Assembly: GCA_003820375.1 (NCBI GenBank)
Contig: RPQH01000011.1
Coordinates: 4,783-68,782, forward strand
Direction of reading: 5' to 3'
Length of the DNA: 64,000 nt
DNA from: Ignavibacteriota bacterium
GTDB lineage: Bacteria > Bacteroidota > Ignavibacteria > Tepidaquicellales > OLB5
Numbering within the stretch: position 1 is the stretch's first letter; every line of letters starts with the position of its first letter. A program made the position numbers and the translations under genes. Shown one piece after another: positions 9,577-20,019 of the stretch. Under the pieces are notes generated by a model. That model worked only from the letters and a program-made list of their open reading frames with translations. It was not told where the DNA came from and did no database searches.

Positions 9577-12141
9577 ATGAACAAAATAAAATTTTTATTT
9601 CCGATAATACTTCTGACCGCTGTTGTGTTTTTTGTTAATATTAATAATGGTAAAAAAACAAAGCCATTAAAATTTTCAGGAGCATTAAACTCACTTGATT
9701 ACTGGGCAATGCAGAGAGCATACCCTGACAAAGTTATTCCTGATGCCGGATATTATAGTGCGTTTCAATACTCAAAACAAAATTTAAAAGGAGAAGCTGA
9801 TAACAATTTACAGCAAGGATGGGAACCGATAGGTCCGTGGAATATTGGCGGCAGAACAATATCAGTGGCAATTAACCCGTTTAACACAAATACAATATAT
9901 GCGGGCTCAGCCAGCGGCGGTTTGTGGAGAAGTTATTCAGGCGGTGTTGGTATTAGTGCATGGACAAAGCTTCAGACAGGTTTTCCCGTGCTCGGTGTCG
10001 GTGCAATTGCAATAGACCCGAATGATTCAAATACAATCTATATTGGAACAGGGGAAGTTTACGGTTACCAGAATTCCTTCGGAGGCATTACAATCAGAAC
10101 AACACGCGGAAGTTATGGAATAGGTATTTTAAAAACTACCGATGGCGGTGCAACATGGACTAAAAGCTTAGACTGGACTTACAACCAGAGACGTGGTGTT
10201 CAGGTTATTAGCATTAATCCGCAAAACCCAAATACCATATGGGCAGGTACAACTGAAGGAACATACCGTTCATATAATAAAGGGCAATCATGGGTTAAGG
10301 TAGATTCTACAATTATGGTAACAGACCTTGTAATTAATCCCCTTGATACAAATAAAGTATTCATTGCCTGCGGTAATCTTGATAGTCCCGGAAACGGCAT
10401 ATACCGGACACTCAATGCAGGCAATACATGGACAAAGCTCACAAACGGTCTGCCCGCTTCTTACGGCGGCAAGGCAGTATTTTCAATGTATAAAACTTCT
10501 CCCAATGTGATATTTGTAAGCATTGGTTTTGGAGCTAATAATAACTCTCCGACACAGCTATGCAAAACAACAAATAACGGTGATTCGTGGATTGTGGTAT
10601 CTGATATTAATTATGCCACTTACCAGGGATGGTACTCGCATTTTGTTGGGGTAAATCCAATTGATTCGAGTAAAGTCCTGACTGCCGGAATTGATATTTT
10701 TAAATCAACTAATGGGGGATATGACCTGTTTCAAAAATCGGTTTGGACTGCATGGTATTTTGGCAGGGTTCCGATTGGCGGACCTGAGGGCTCTCCTGTA
10801 TATTCACATGCAGACCACCATTGTATAACGTATCATCCAACTAATCCCGATATAATTTATTTCGGAAATGACGGCGGTGTGTTCAGAACTACAAATGGTG
10901 GTGAAACATTTGAAGGATGCAACGGGGGATACCAGTCAACACAATTTTATAATGGATTCTCAAGTGCAAGAACCGATTCATTGTTCTCAATAGGCGGAAT
11001 GCAGGATAACTCAACTGCTATTTATGACGGTGATTTAGCATGGATAAGAGTGCTTGGCGGTGACGGATGCTGGACTGCTATTAATTACAGAAATAAAGAT
11101 ACATTGTACGGTACATATCAGTATTTAAATATACTGCGGTCAACTAATATGGGAGTGGATTTTGGCAGTGTATCACCGCCGGGTAATTCAAATACATCAT
11201 TTGTTGCTCCGTTTATTGTTGGAAAAATAAACCCGCAAATAATGTATTCGGGACGTTCTGTTGTTTACAAATCCCTCAATGCAGGAGAGAGCTGGGAAAT
11301 CACGAACAATGGTGCACCGCTTGATGGTGTTAATCCTTTGCTGACCTTGGAAGCTTCTCCGGTTAATGATAATATGGTTTATGCAACTACTGCACCGTTC
11401 AGCTCAAGAGCTAAAGTGTTTAAGACAACTAATGGCGGCGATAACTGGATTGATATAACAGGAAATCTTCCTGACAGGTATATGATTGATATTGCAATTC
11501 ATCCAACAAGAGATTCTATTGCTTACATAACACTTTCCGGTTTCGGGTCTTCACACCTGTTCAGAACAACTAATGCTGGGACTAACTGGACAGATTTTAA
11601 TAACAATCTGCCGGATTTACCTACATCCGCTGTTGTCTTTGATCCTATTGACCCGCATCATATGTACGTTGGTAATGACTTAGGTGTATATGTTTCAACA
11701 GATGCAGGATTCACCTGGCAGGAATTTAAAACTGGTATGCCGGATGGCTCTATTGTTATTGATTTAGTGATTTCCCATATCAACAGGAAGCTAAGAGCTG
11801 TTACACATGGAAATGGTATTTTTGAGAGACCATTATTAGGTGTTCCAATTGGAGTTGTGAATAATCAAACAACTGTGAAAGAGTATAAGCTTTCACAAAA
11901 TTATCCAAATCCTTTTAATCCCGCTACAACGATAAAATATGATATTGCCCAAAAAGGACTTGTAACAATAAAGATATATGATATTACAGGAAGAGAAATA
12001 TCTACTCTTGTAAATGAAGTTAAGAATGTTGGCAGTTACTCGGTATTGTTCGATGCATCAAATTTAGCTTCGGGAGTGTATTTCTATAAATTATCATCGG
12101 AAGGGTTTGTGGATGTGAAGAAGATGAGTTTAGTCAAATGA
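9577..12141 (+). CDS. BNR/Asp-box repeat beta-propeller protein (sortilin/GH74-like) with T9SS C-terminal sorting domain
   Basis: 854 aa with about ten SxDxGxTW-like repeats (TTDGGATWTK, TLNAGNTWTKL, TTNGGDNWIDI, STDAGFTWQEF and others). N-terminal signal anchor. C-terminus LSQNYPNPFNP..GVYFYKL..VKKMSLVK. Confidence 0.8.
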   Translation: MNKIKFLFPIILLTAVVFFVNINNGKKTKPLKFSGALNSLDYWAMQRAYPDKVIPDAGYYSAFQYSKQNLKGEADNNLQQGWEPIGPWNIGGRTISVAINPFNTNTIYAGSASGGLWRSYSGGVGISAWTKLQTGFPVLGVGAIAIDPNDSNTIYIGTGEVYGYQNSFGGITIRTTRGSYGIGILKTTDGGATWTKSLDWTYNQRRGVQVISINPQNPNTIWAGTTEGTYRSYNKGQSWVKVDSTIMVTDLVINPLDTNKVFIACGNLDSPGNGIYRTLNAGNTWTKLTNGLPASYGGKAVFSMYKTSPNVIFVSIGFGANNNSPTQLCKTTNNGDSWIVVSDINYATYQGWYSHFVGVNPIDSSKVLTAGIDIFKSTNGGYDLFQKSVWTAWYFGRVPIGGPEGSPVYSHADHHCITYHPTNPDIIYFGNDGGVFRTTNGGETFEGCNGGYQSTQFYNGFSSARTDSLFSIGGMQDNSTAIYDGDLAWIRVLGGDGCWTAINYRNKDTLYGTYQYLNILRSTNMGVDFGSVSPPGNSNTSFVAPFIVGKINPQIMYSGRSVVYKSLNAGESWEITNNGAPLDGVNPLLTLEASPVNDNMVYATTAPFSSRAKVFKTTNGGDNWIDITGNLPDRYMIDIAIHPTRDSIAYITLSGFGSSHLFRTTNAGTNWTDFNNNLPDLPTSAVVFDPIDPHHMYVGNDLGVYVSTDAGFTWQEFKTGMPDGSIVIDLVISHINRKLRAVTHGNGIFERPLLGVPIGVVNNQTTVKEYKLSQNYPNPFNPATTIKYDIAQKGLVTIKIYDITGREISTLVNEVKNVGSYSVLFDASNLASGVYFYKLSSEGFVDVKKMSLVK

Positions 12142-12238
12142 GTGCATAGAGTGAATAGAGTGTATAGAGTGTGTTGAGTGTGTTGAGTGAATAGAGTGTG
12201 TTGAGTGTATAATAAATAGAGTGAATGGCAATTGCAGG
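12140..12238 (+). repeat. 9-nt degenerate tandem array (GAGTGNRTR family) starting inside the stop codon
   Basis: TGAGTGCATAGAGTGAATAGAGTGTATAGAGTGTGTTGAGTGTGTTGAGTGAATAGAGTG... Confidence 0.9.
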
Positions 12239-12314
12239 ATTAACGAATGATTATATTAGGTCTAGTAATAATATTCTTTAGCCCTTATTGCTCATTTAAT
12301 CTCCTTGTATAGTT

Positions 12315-12358
12315 CTGCCGGCTGCTTAGGGTTAATTTAGCAGCCGGCAGTTTTTTTT
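12315..12358 (+). terminator. strong intrinsic terminator
   Basis: CTGCCGGCTGCT..AGCAGCCGGCAG 12-bp stem followed by T8. Confidence 0.85.
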
Positions 12359-12413
12359 ATATTCGTAAACTCCTACAAGCAATAACATCAGGCATGTAAG
12401 TTTATTCTTTCTT

Positions 12414-12458
12414 TATTGCTCATTGCTCATTGCTCATTGCTCATTGTTAATTGCAAAT
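12414..12458 (-). repeat. heptamer array (CAATGAG)n in the 3' region of T9SS paralog 1
   Basis: The + strand reads TTATTGCTCATTGCTCATTGCTCATTGCTCATTGTTAATTGCAAATG. Confidence 0.9.
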
Positions 12459-12459
12459 G

Positions 12460-14250
12460 TTATTTTATCAGAGCCATTTTCTTCACATCACTAAATCCTT
12501 CGCATTCAAGCTTATAAAAATATAATCCGCTTGAATAATTCGTACCATCCCATACCACACTGTAATTGCCGGCATTTTGCTTTTCGTTTACTAATACAGC
12601 TACTTCTTTTCCCAATGCATCAAATATTGTCAGCTTCGCATAATTGTCAATTGGCAATTGATAACTGATAATTGTATTTGGATTGAACGGGTTTGGATAA
12701 TTTTGTGAAAGTGAAAATTCATCCGGTACTATGCTTTCAGGTTTTCTAATAATCCCAATCATTTGGGGAATAAAGCAAATATTAGGAAGTGTTGTCTGCA
12801 ATGCACCTGTTGTTATATCATTACACCCATCACCTGTTGTAAGGTCATTATGAGCATGATAAACCCTGCCTGTTACAGCGGTGGATTTTACTGTTGAGTT
12901 CGATGTATAACTTGAGTTATTAAAACATATTTCAATCAACAAATTTCCTCCGGTATATGTAAACGGAGTAGTGAGAGTAATAAACTGCATTCCGGTTCCG
13001 GGCATTGTAAATGCTCCGCTGTAAACTTCGGTCATTCCTGTTCCAAATCCGGATATTGTTGAAGCAGTTGTATTTTGCATCCTTATTTTAAAACCATTCA
13101 TTACCTGGGGAGCAGCAGAAATAACATCAAATCCAATTCGCATTATCGTAGCAGGGCTTGATCCTATTTCATTGGCAAGATACAGCATATCGGTTCTGGA
13201 ATCCATATAGAATGTATAGAATGGATATCCAACGGAAGTGGAACCTGTTCCCCAGCATGTCAGGAAGTAACCCGGAGGATACACTCTCACATTTGTTGAT
13301 ACGGTATCATTGCCTCTGTTTTGATCTGTTGCTAAAGCAGACACAATTTTGATATTAATAAAACCGGTATCTGCCGGAACCCAGTTAAATGTTACCGAAT
13401 CAACTGCACCTGCATTTAAGCTCATGGATATGGAATTAACCTGGGTACCCTGAATAAAGAATTTTACCGGAAAATTTGATTCGTTAGATGTACCGGTATT
13501 AGCTATCCTGGCTTTTACTTGTTTCTGCAAATTCGTATTGAAATACGCAGGTAAGCCGAGGAATGGACCTGTTGCAATATTATGAGCATATGTCTGACCT
13601 GTTCCATCGACTCTTACTCCGATAGCTTTATATTGCGAGAAGTAGTTTGTAATTGGTGCCCATGCTGACTGGATATATCCATAGCCCGGTCTCTGAGTTG
13701 TTGTAGCTGATTCATCTCCTCCTATATATTTTTGTCTATTCTCTACTGGTTGTGGATCAAAGCTAATTCCTACATAAACACTTCCGGATGTAATTGCAGG
13801 AATACCTGTTAAGTTTGTGAAATCATACCATTCTACTTGAGGCCATGTAGGAACGACAGTTACTGTCTGGTTAGGTACAGAAGCAAGTAAGTTACCCGGA
13901 GAACCGCCAGTACCTGTCTGGTCGTAGATTTCGATATCAAAGGTAAAGCTTAGTGAAGGTTGTGTTGGGTATCTTGTTAAAGCTAAGCATACCTGATTGA
14001 TAGTAAAAGGATATGATGTTGGGGTCATCAACATTACCCACTTACCAATGCCAAAGTTCGGACCCCATCCATACCCATTTTCAAATGTGTTATCATCATA
14101 GACTAATCCTCCAACACACTGCGGTCCTATTAATCCTTCAGTTCCTTTTACAAAGGGACTTCTATCATTAGCAATTTGTAAAGCCGACTGGGAATATATT
14201 AAACCGGTAAAAACTGAAAAGATGAAAAAAAGTAGAATGAGTTTTTTCAT
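12460..14250 (-). CDS. T9SS-sorted surface protein, tandem paralog 1 (unknown N-domain, CARDB-like middle domain, CTD)
   Basis: Start moved to the ATG at 14250 (MKKLILLFF, GAGG 6 nt upstream), matching the other paralogs. Conserved QCVGGLVYDDNTFENGYGW. CARDB-like VKARIANTGTSNE..NAGAVDSVTFNWVP. C-terminal LSQNYPNPFNP..GLYFYKLECEGFSDVKKMALIK. Confidence 0.85.
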   Translation of the reverse strand: MKKLILLFFIFSVFTGLIYSQSALQIANDRSPFVKGTEGLIGPQCVGGLVYDDNTFENGYGWGPNFGIGKWVMLMTPTSYPFTINQVCLALTRYPTQPSLSFTFDIEIYDQTGTGGSPGNLLASVPNQTVTVVPTWPQVEWYDFTNLTGIPAITSGSVYVGISFDPQPVENRQKYIGGDESATTTQRPGYGYIQSAWAPITNYFSQYKAIGVRVDGTGQTYAHNIATGPFLGLPAYFNTNLQKQVKARIANTGTSNESNFPVKFFIQGTQVNSISMSLNAGAVDSVTFNWVPADTGFINIKIVSALATDQNRGNDTVSTNVRVYPPGYFLTCWGTGSTSVGYPFYTFYMDSRTDMLYLANEIGSSPATIMRIGFDVISAAPQVMNGFKIRMQNTTASTISGFGTGMTEVYSGAFTMPGTGMQFITLTTPFTYTGGNLLIEICFNNSSYTSNSTVKSTAVTGRVYHAHNDLTTGDGCNDITTGALQTTLPNICFIPQMIGIIRKPESIVPDEFSLSQNYPNPFNPNTIISYQLPIDNYAKLTIFDALGKEVAVLVNEKQNAGNYSVVWDGTNYSSGLYFYKLECEGFSDVKKMALIK

Positions 14251-14302
14251 TTCAAGCCTCATTTTTTAAGTTAGGGGAAACAGCAATTTGAATATATTAT
14301 TA

Positions 14303-14330
14303 ATATTATATATTAAGCCTTTTAAGTCAA
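14303..14330 (-). promoter_or_regulatory. sigma70-type promoter for paralog 1
   Basis: The minus strand reads ATCATTGACTTAAA..TAATAT: TTGACT (14330-14325), a 16-bp spacer, then TAATAT (14308-14303). The same module recurs at 19992-20019. Confidence 0.6.
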
Positions 14331-14400
14331 TGATATTTCTTGTCTTTAACACGTTGTGATTTGTTTTCTCTCCTGTCTAACTTGTACTTGTGAAGGAAAG

Positions 14401-14464
14401 GCAATCTTTAATCTGCAATCTTTAATCTGCAATCTTTAATCTGCAATCTTTAATCTGCAATCTG
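14401..14464. repeat. 14-nt tandem array (GCAATCTTTAATCT, about 4.5 copies)
   Basis: Near-perfect direct repeats seen directly. They lie just downstream of the stop of paralog 2 in mRNA sense. The same vocabulary recurs at 59481-59555. Confidence 0.95.
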
Positions 14465-16267
14465 TTATTTAATCAATACCAGTTTCTTCACATCAGTAAA
14501 TTCATTGCATTCCAGTTTATAGAAATATAATCCTGAAGAATAATTCGTCCCATCCCATTCCACATTGTAACTTCCGGCATTTTGCTTTTCGTTTACTATT
14601 ACAGCCACTTCTCTTCCCAATGCATCGAATATTGTTAATTTCACATAATTGCTCATGGGCAATTGATAATTGATAATTGTTTTAGGATTGAATGGGTTGG
14701 GATAATTTTGTGAAAGCGAAAATTTGTCCGGTATATTATTGTTAATATTTTTCGTACCAATCATATTTGTCTGAAAGCATATATTTGGCAAATTTACCTG
14801 CACTGCTCCGGTTGTAAGATCTGTACATCCGCCTCCGTTTGGTAAATCTGAATGTTGATGAAAGATTTGCTGCCCGACAGGTGTGCTTAAAACTGTTGAA
14901 CTGGAAGCATTGCTTGAGTTGTTGAAACATATTTCGATTAACAGATTTGCGCCTGTATAAGTAAATGGAGTTGCAAGGTTAATAAACTGCCATCCTGTGC
15001 CCGGTATTGAATATGTTCCGCTATATACTTCTGTCCAGCCTGATGGTATAAATCCTGCAATTAATGTATAGGTTGTATTTTGCATCTTTATTGAGAAACC
15101 ATTCATTACTGCCTGCGGATATGCTTCTGATACATTGAATCCGATTTTCTGGATTGTTGTGCCTGCACCAAATCCAATTTGAGCAGCAGTGTATATCATC
15201 TGAGTTCTTGCATCCATATACCCTGTTTCAAATGGATAGGCTGCTGTAGTTACACCAGGACCCCAGCATGCCTGGTAAACTCCGGAAGGAAGTACATATA
15301 CTGTTGTTGTTACTGTATCGTCTGCTCTGTATTGATCTGAAGCTAAGGATGATATGACTTTAAGTATCTTTGTTCCTGTATCAGTTGGTGTCCAGCTAAA
15401 TGATACTGAATCTACTGCACCTGCATTTAAGTTCGTTGCGATTGTTGATACCTGTGTTCCATTCACTACAAATGAAATTGGAATACCTGTCTCGTTTGAT
15501 GTTCCAAAGTTTTTTATCTTTGCTTTAATAGTTTTTTGTACTCCCGTATTGAAGTATGCCGGTAAGCTAAGGAATGGACCAACACAAATGTTATGAGCAA
15601 AGTTTTGTACTATTCCATCGGCTCTTATACCAATAGCTCTGTAGCCGGAGTAGATGGTGTTCTGTATTGGCACCCAGGTTCCGGTTGTTTGAGTGTAAAA
15701 ATATCCGGCCCTTAATGGTGTTGTTGTAGATTGATCACGACCAATTAAATGTGATGTATAATATGTAACGTTATAGCTGATACCTGCATATACACTGCCT
15801 GAAGTAATGGGAGGAATACCTGTTATGCCGGCAAAATCGAACCATGTCACCGTTGGGAATGTCTGTACACCAACTGCTGTTTGATTTGGAATTATAGCAA
15901 GTAAGTTACCCGGGGAGCCGCCTGGTCCTGTATTATCATATACTACAATATCAAAGGTCCAGTCAGCTGAGCCGCTTGTTCCTTTTGTCAATGCAAAACA
16001 CAATTGATTTATTGTGTAGGGATAAGATTGCGGTGTCATCAGCATGACCCATTTATATATACTATAATAACCACTAATCCATCCACATCCGCCCTCAAAT
16101 GTATTATCATCATACACTAATCCTCCAACACATTGAGCTCCTAATATGCCTTCTGTACCTTTTTCAATATGAGTTTTATTGATTTCATCAAAAGGCAATG
16201 AATATTGTGAATAAATTAAGCAAGTAAAAATTGTTAAAGCAAAATAGAGTAGAATAAACTTTTTCAT
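14465..16267 (-). CDS. T9SS-sorted surface protein, tandem paralog 2
   Basis: 600 aa with the same domain order as 12460-14250. Signal peptide MKKFILLYFALTIF. T9SS CTD ..GLYFYKLECNEFTDVKKLVLIK. Confidence 0.85.
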   Translation of the reverse strand: MKKFILLYFALTIFTCLIYSQYSLPFDEINKTHIEKGTEGILGAQCVGGLVYDDNTFEGGCGWISGYYSIYKWVMLMTPQSYPYTINQLCFALTKGTSGSADWTFDIVVYDNTGPGGSPGNLLAIIPNQTAVGVQTFPTVTWFDFAGITGIPPITSGSVYAGISYNVTYYTSHLIGRDQSTTTPLRAGYFYTQTTGTWVPIQNTIYSGYRAIGIRADGIVQNFAHNICVGPFLSLPAYFNTGVQKTIKAKIKNFGTSNETGIPISFVVNGTQVSTIATNLNAGAVDSVSFSWTPTDTGTKILKVISSLASDQYRADDTVTTTVYVLPSGVYQACWGPGVTTAAYPFETGYMDARTQMIYTAAQIGFGAGTTIQKIGFNVSEAYPQAVMNGFSIKMQNTTYTLIAGFIPSGWTEVYSGTYSIPGTGWQFINLATPFTYTGANLLIEICFNNSSNASSSTVLSTPVGQQIFHQHSDLPNGGGCTDLTTGAVQVNLPNICFQTNMIGTKNINNNIPDKFSLSQNYPNPFNPKTIINYQLPMSNYVKLTIFDALGREVAVIVNEKQNAGSYNVEWDGTNYSSGLYFYKLECNEFTDVKKLVLIK

Positions 16268-16297
16268 GACTTACCTAATATATTATTTTTAAAAAAT

Positions 16298-18079
16298 TTA
16301 TTTAATTAGTACTAACTTCTTTACATCACTAAATCCTTCGCATTCCAGTTTATAGAAATATAACCCTGAAGAATAATTCGTCCCATCCCACTCTACACTG
16401 TAACTTCCGGCATTTTGCTTTTCGTTTACTAATACAGCTGCGTTTTTTCCTAATGCATCAAATATTGTCAGCTTAACATAATTGCTAATTGGCAATTGAT
16501 AACTGATAATTGTTTTTGGATTGAATGGATTGGGATAATTTTGTGAAAGTGAAAATTCTTTTGGTATTTCACTTTGTATTTTCCTGTTATTTCCATTCCA
16601 GATAATTAAACAAATATTCGGGCGTGTTGTTTGGGTACTGCCTGTTGTAATATTTATACACCCGTCTCCGGATGAAAGGTCTTCGTGTTTGTGATATACT
16701 TTTCCGGAAAACGTTGTTGATGCTACAGTTGAATTTTGTGAATATCCTCCATTATTAAAGCATACTTCTATTAATAGATTTGTACCATTATAAACAAATG
16801 GAGTATCAAGAGTTATCCACCTCCATCCTGTGCCGGGTACAGTATAAGTACTGCTGTAAACTATATGCCAACCTGTTTGAGGAAATCCGGAAACCGTAGT
16901 ATTAGTCGTATTCTGCATCTTAATTTTGAAACCGGACATTGTAGCAGGAGCTGCAGTCATAACATCAAAAGCAATATTAGTAATAATTGCAGGCCTGCCG
17001 TCATTTCCAATTTCATTTGCAAGATAGAGCATATCGGTTTTTGAATCCATGTAAAATGTATAGAAGGGATATCCGGCAGGTAATGCGCCGGTACCTATAC
17101 AGCTGTTTATTGCTCCCTGTGAATTCACCGTAACATTTATTGAAGCTGTATCATTGCCTCTGAATTGGTCGTTTGATAAAGCTGCAACTACTTTCAGGTT
17201 GTTGTTTCCAGCTTCTGCAGGTGTCCAATTAAAGCTTACGGAATCAACAGCACCTGTATTTAAATTTTTGTTTACGGTAAATAAATGAATTCCGTTAACG
17301 AAGAATTTAAACGGTACACCTGTTTCATTTGAAGTGCCCATGTTGGTTACTTTAGCTTTAATTACAGATTGAGTACCTAATGTAAATAATTCCGGAATAG
17401 AAAGAAAAGGACCTGCTTTAATATTATGAGAATAAATGACATCTGCAGTATCAACCCTGATACCAACAGCTCTATTTGAAGGAAAGAATGATTGAATTGT
17501 ACCCCATGTGTTCTGTATATATCCATATCCAAGTCTTGCAGGAGTTGTTGGGCTTTCATCAGCAGCAAGGTATCGCCCTGACATTGTTGAAGGATTCCAG
17601 CTAAGACCCACGTAATAACTTCCCGAATTTAATACAGGTATAGATATAATTTGATCAAAATCAAACCATGTTACCGCCGGCCAGACTGGAACATTTACTG
17701 CTGTTTGATTGACAATGCCGGTTATTAAGTTACCTGGTCTTCCATTTGTTCCTGTTGTATCATAAACTTCAATATCAAATATCCAATCCGCTCCTGAATT
17801 TCCTGTAAGCGCAAAACAAATCTTACCGATTTTATATGGGTATGATGAAGGAGTAAATTTTAAAACCCATTTTCCAATACCATAACCGGGATTCCAGCCG
17901 TAACCGTTTTCCCATGTGTTGTCATCATATACTATGCCGCCAACACATTGAGCACCAATTAATCCTTCGTTACCCTTAATAAAAGGCACATTTCCATTTG
18001 TAATTTGAGCAGCGGGTTGAGAATATATTATGCTAGTAAAGACTAATAATGCAAAAATAAGTAAAATTAGTTTTTTCAT
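16298..18079 (-). CDS. T9SS-sorted surface protein, tandem paralog 3
   Basis: 593 aa paralog. The intergenic gap to its neighbours is 30-34 nt, which suggests an operon. GAGGT lies upstream of the ATG. Confidence 0.85.
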   Translation of the reverse strand: MKKLILLIFALLVFTSIIYSQPAAQITNGNVPFIKGNEGLIGAQCVGGIVYDDNTWENGYGWNPGYGIGKWVLKFTPSSYPYKIGKICFALTGNSGADWIFDIEVYDTTGTNGRPGNLITGIVNQTAVNVPVWPAVTWFDFDQIISIPVLNSGSYYVGLSWNPSTMSGRYLAADESPTTPARLGYGYIQNTWGTIQSFFPSNRAVGIRVDTADVIYSHNIKAGPFLSIPELFTLGTQSVIKAKVTNMGTSNETGVPFKFFVNGIHLFTVNKNLNTGAVDSVSFNWTPAEAGNNNLKVVAALSNDQFRGNDTASINVTVNSQGAINSCIGTGALPAGYPFYTFYMDSKTDMLYLANEIGNDGRPAIITNIAFDVMTAAPATMSGFKIKMQNTTNTTVSGFPQTGWHIVYSSTYTVPGTGWRWITLDTPFVYNGTNLLIEVCFNNGGYSQNSTVASTTFSGKVYHKHEDLSSGDGCINITTGSTQTTRPNICLIIWNGNNRKIQSEIPKEFSLSQNYPNPFNPKTIISYQLPISNYVKLTIFDALGKNAAVLVNEKQNAGSYSVEWDGTNYSSGLYFYKLECEGFSDVKKLVLIK

Positions 18080-18113
18080 TTCTTACCTCATAGAAAAAAA
18101 ATTACTTAAAATT

Positions 18114-19940
18114 TTATTTTAATAACATAATTTTCTTTACATCGGTAAAACCATCACATTCTATTTTTAGAAAATATAACCCGCTCGCAAAATTCGTGCC
18201 ATCCCACTCCACATCGTAAGTGCCGGGTGTTTGCTTTTCATTTACAAGTGCGGCAACAACTTTTCCCAAAGCATCATAAATAACAAGCTTTACTTCACTG
18301 CTAACCGGCAATTGATAACTGATAATTGTTTTAGGATTGAATGGATTGGGATAATTTTGTGAAAGTGAAAATTCTTTTGGTATTTCATTTTGTGTCCCAT
18401 TCACTCCGACCATACATGGTGGATTAGGATTTAAATTTGTCGGGTAACCCTGGAAACATATATTTGGTAATGTAGCCTGAACAGTACCGGCTGTAATCAT
18501 AACACAACCATCTCCCGCAGAAATATCCTGGTGGTTGTGAAAAACTCTATTAGGATTTGATGTTGACGCTATTGTAGTACTTGATGTATAACTTGAATTG
18601 TTGAAGCAAATTTCAATTAAAAGATTGCAATTTGAATTATAATAAAACGGAGTTGATAAATATATCCATTGCAACCCGGTTGATGAAACAGAATAAGTTC
18701 CGCTATAAACTTCAGTCCACCCTGTTGAAACAAATCCGGTCAATGATGTCAAAGGTGTATTCTGCATTTTTATCTTAAAACCATTCATAACCTGTGGAGC
18801 TGCTGACAAAACTGTAAAGCCAATTTTAGTTATCACACTTAAATTAACTCCTATTTCACTTGCCAGGTAAAGAAAATCTGTTCTTGAATCCATATAAAAT
18901 GTATAAAAAGGATATTGAACTGCAATAGAACCTGTACCGTAACAAGGACTATAATAACCGGGAGGATATACATGCACAATTGTAGATACTGTATCATTAG
19001 CTCTGTATTCATCAGTTACCAATGCAGAAACAATTTTTAAAATAAAGTTTCCCGTATCTGCAGGCGTCCAGTTAAAAGCTACTGAATCTACTGCATTAGC
19101 ATTCAGGGATGTTATGATTAAGCTATTAACCTGAGTACCATTAACAAAGAATTTCATCGGGATATTTGATTCATTGGATGTACCGAGATTTTTTACTTTT
19201 GCTTTTATTACTTTCTGTACATTTACATTATACAATCCCGGTAAACTAAGGAACGGACCTGTTGCAATATTATGAGTATAAGTAACACCTGTACCATCAC
19301 ACCTTACACCGATAGCTTTATAGTTTGGGTAATATGTTTGAATACCTGCCCATGCACTTTGAATATATCCGTAGCCGGGTCTTAATATTGTTGTAGGGCT
19401 TTCATCAGCAGCAATATAATGAGATGGCATGGTTGCCGGGTCATAACTGATACCTACATAATAACTCTGCCCTGTTGTTAATGGAGGGACACCGGTTAAG
19501 CCGGTAAAATCAAACCATGTTACATTAGGCCATATCGGTACACCTGTTGCAGTCTGATTTGCAATAGTATGAACTAATGTTCCCGGACCGCCGCCTGTTC
19601 CGGTTGCATCATAAAATACAATATCAAAAGTAAAATTAGCTGAACCTGCGGCTACTCTCGTAAGAGCTAAGCAAACCTGATTGATTGTGAATGGGTAATC
19701 AGCCGGGGTCATTTTCATAGCCCATTTACCAATACCGTAACCGGCATTCCATCCATACCCGTTTTCCCATGTGTTGTCATCATAAACTAATCCGCCAACA
19801 CATTGAGCCCCGAGCATTCCTTCATTGCCTTTTATAAAAGGTGTATTATCATTTGCAAGCTGAGATGCAGGTTGAGAATATAAAGTATTTAAAGAAACTA
19901 TAGCTGAGAAGAGTAAAGACAGTAAAATGAGCTTTTTCAT
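18114..19940 (-). CDS. T9SS-sorted surface protein, tandem paralog 4 (first gene of the 3-gene operon)
   Basis: 608 aa paralog. GAGGTAAAAAATG ribosome-binding context. T9SS CTD ..GLYFLKIECDGFTDVKKIMLLK. Confidence 0.85.
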   Translation of the reverse strand: MKKLILLSLLFSAIVSLNTLYSQPASQLANDNTPFIKGNEGMLGAQCVGGLVYDDNTWENGYGWNAGYGIGKWAMKMTPADYPFTINQVCLALTRVAAGSANFTFDIVFYDATGTGGGPGTLVHTIANQTATGVPIWPNVTWFDFTGLTGVPPLTTGQSYYVGISYDPATMPSHYIAADESPTTILRPGYGYIQSAWAGIQTYYPNYKAIGVRCDGTGVTYTHNIATGPFLSLPGLYNVNVQKVIKAKVKNLGTSNESNIPMKFFVNGTQVNSLIITSLNANAVDSVAFNWTPADTGNFILKIVSALVTDEYRANDTVSTIVHVYPPGYYSPCYGTGSIAVQYPFYTFYMDSRTDFLYLASEIGVNLSVITKIGFTVLSAAPQVMNGFKIKMQNTPLTSLTGFVSTGWTEVYSGTYSVSSTGLQWIYLSTPFYYNSNCNLLIEICFNNSSYTSSTTIASTSNPNRVFHNHQDISAGDGCVMITAGTVQATLPNICFQGYPTNLNPNPPCMVGVNGTQNEIPKEFSLSQNYPNPFNPKTIISYQLPVSSEVKLVIYDALGKVVAALVNEKQTPGTYDVEWDGTNFASGLYFLKIECDGFTDVKKIMLLK

Positions 19941-19991
19941 TTTTTACCTCATTTTTTAAAGTTGAAAATAGGGGAATAAGAGAACGGTTAA

Positions 19992-20019
19992 ATATTATAT
20001 TTTAAACTGTTTAAGTCAA
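19992..20019 (-). promoter_or_regulatory. sigma70-type promoter for the paralog 4-3-2 operon
   Basis: Minus strand: TTGACT (20019-20014), 16 bp, TAATAT (19997-19992). Same ATCATTGACTTAAA context as 14303-14330. Confidence 0.6.

Noticed and set aside
12140-12458. Could the tandem arrays here (and at 14401, 29039, 36653, 58518 and 59337) be CRISPR arrays?
   Set aside because: The units are 7-14 nt and directly abut one another with no unique spacers. No cas genes are present in the window.
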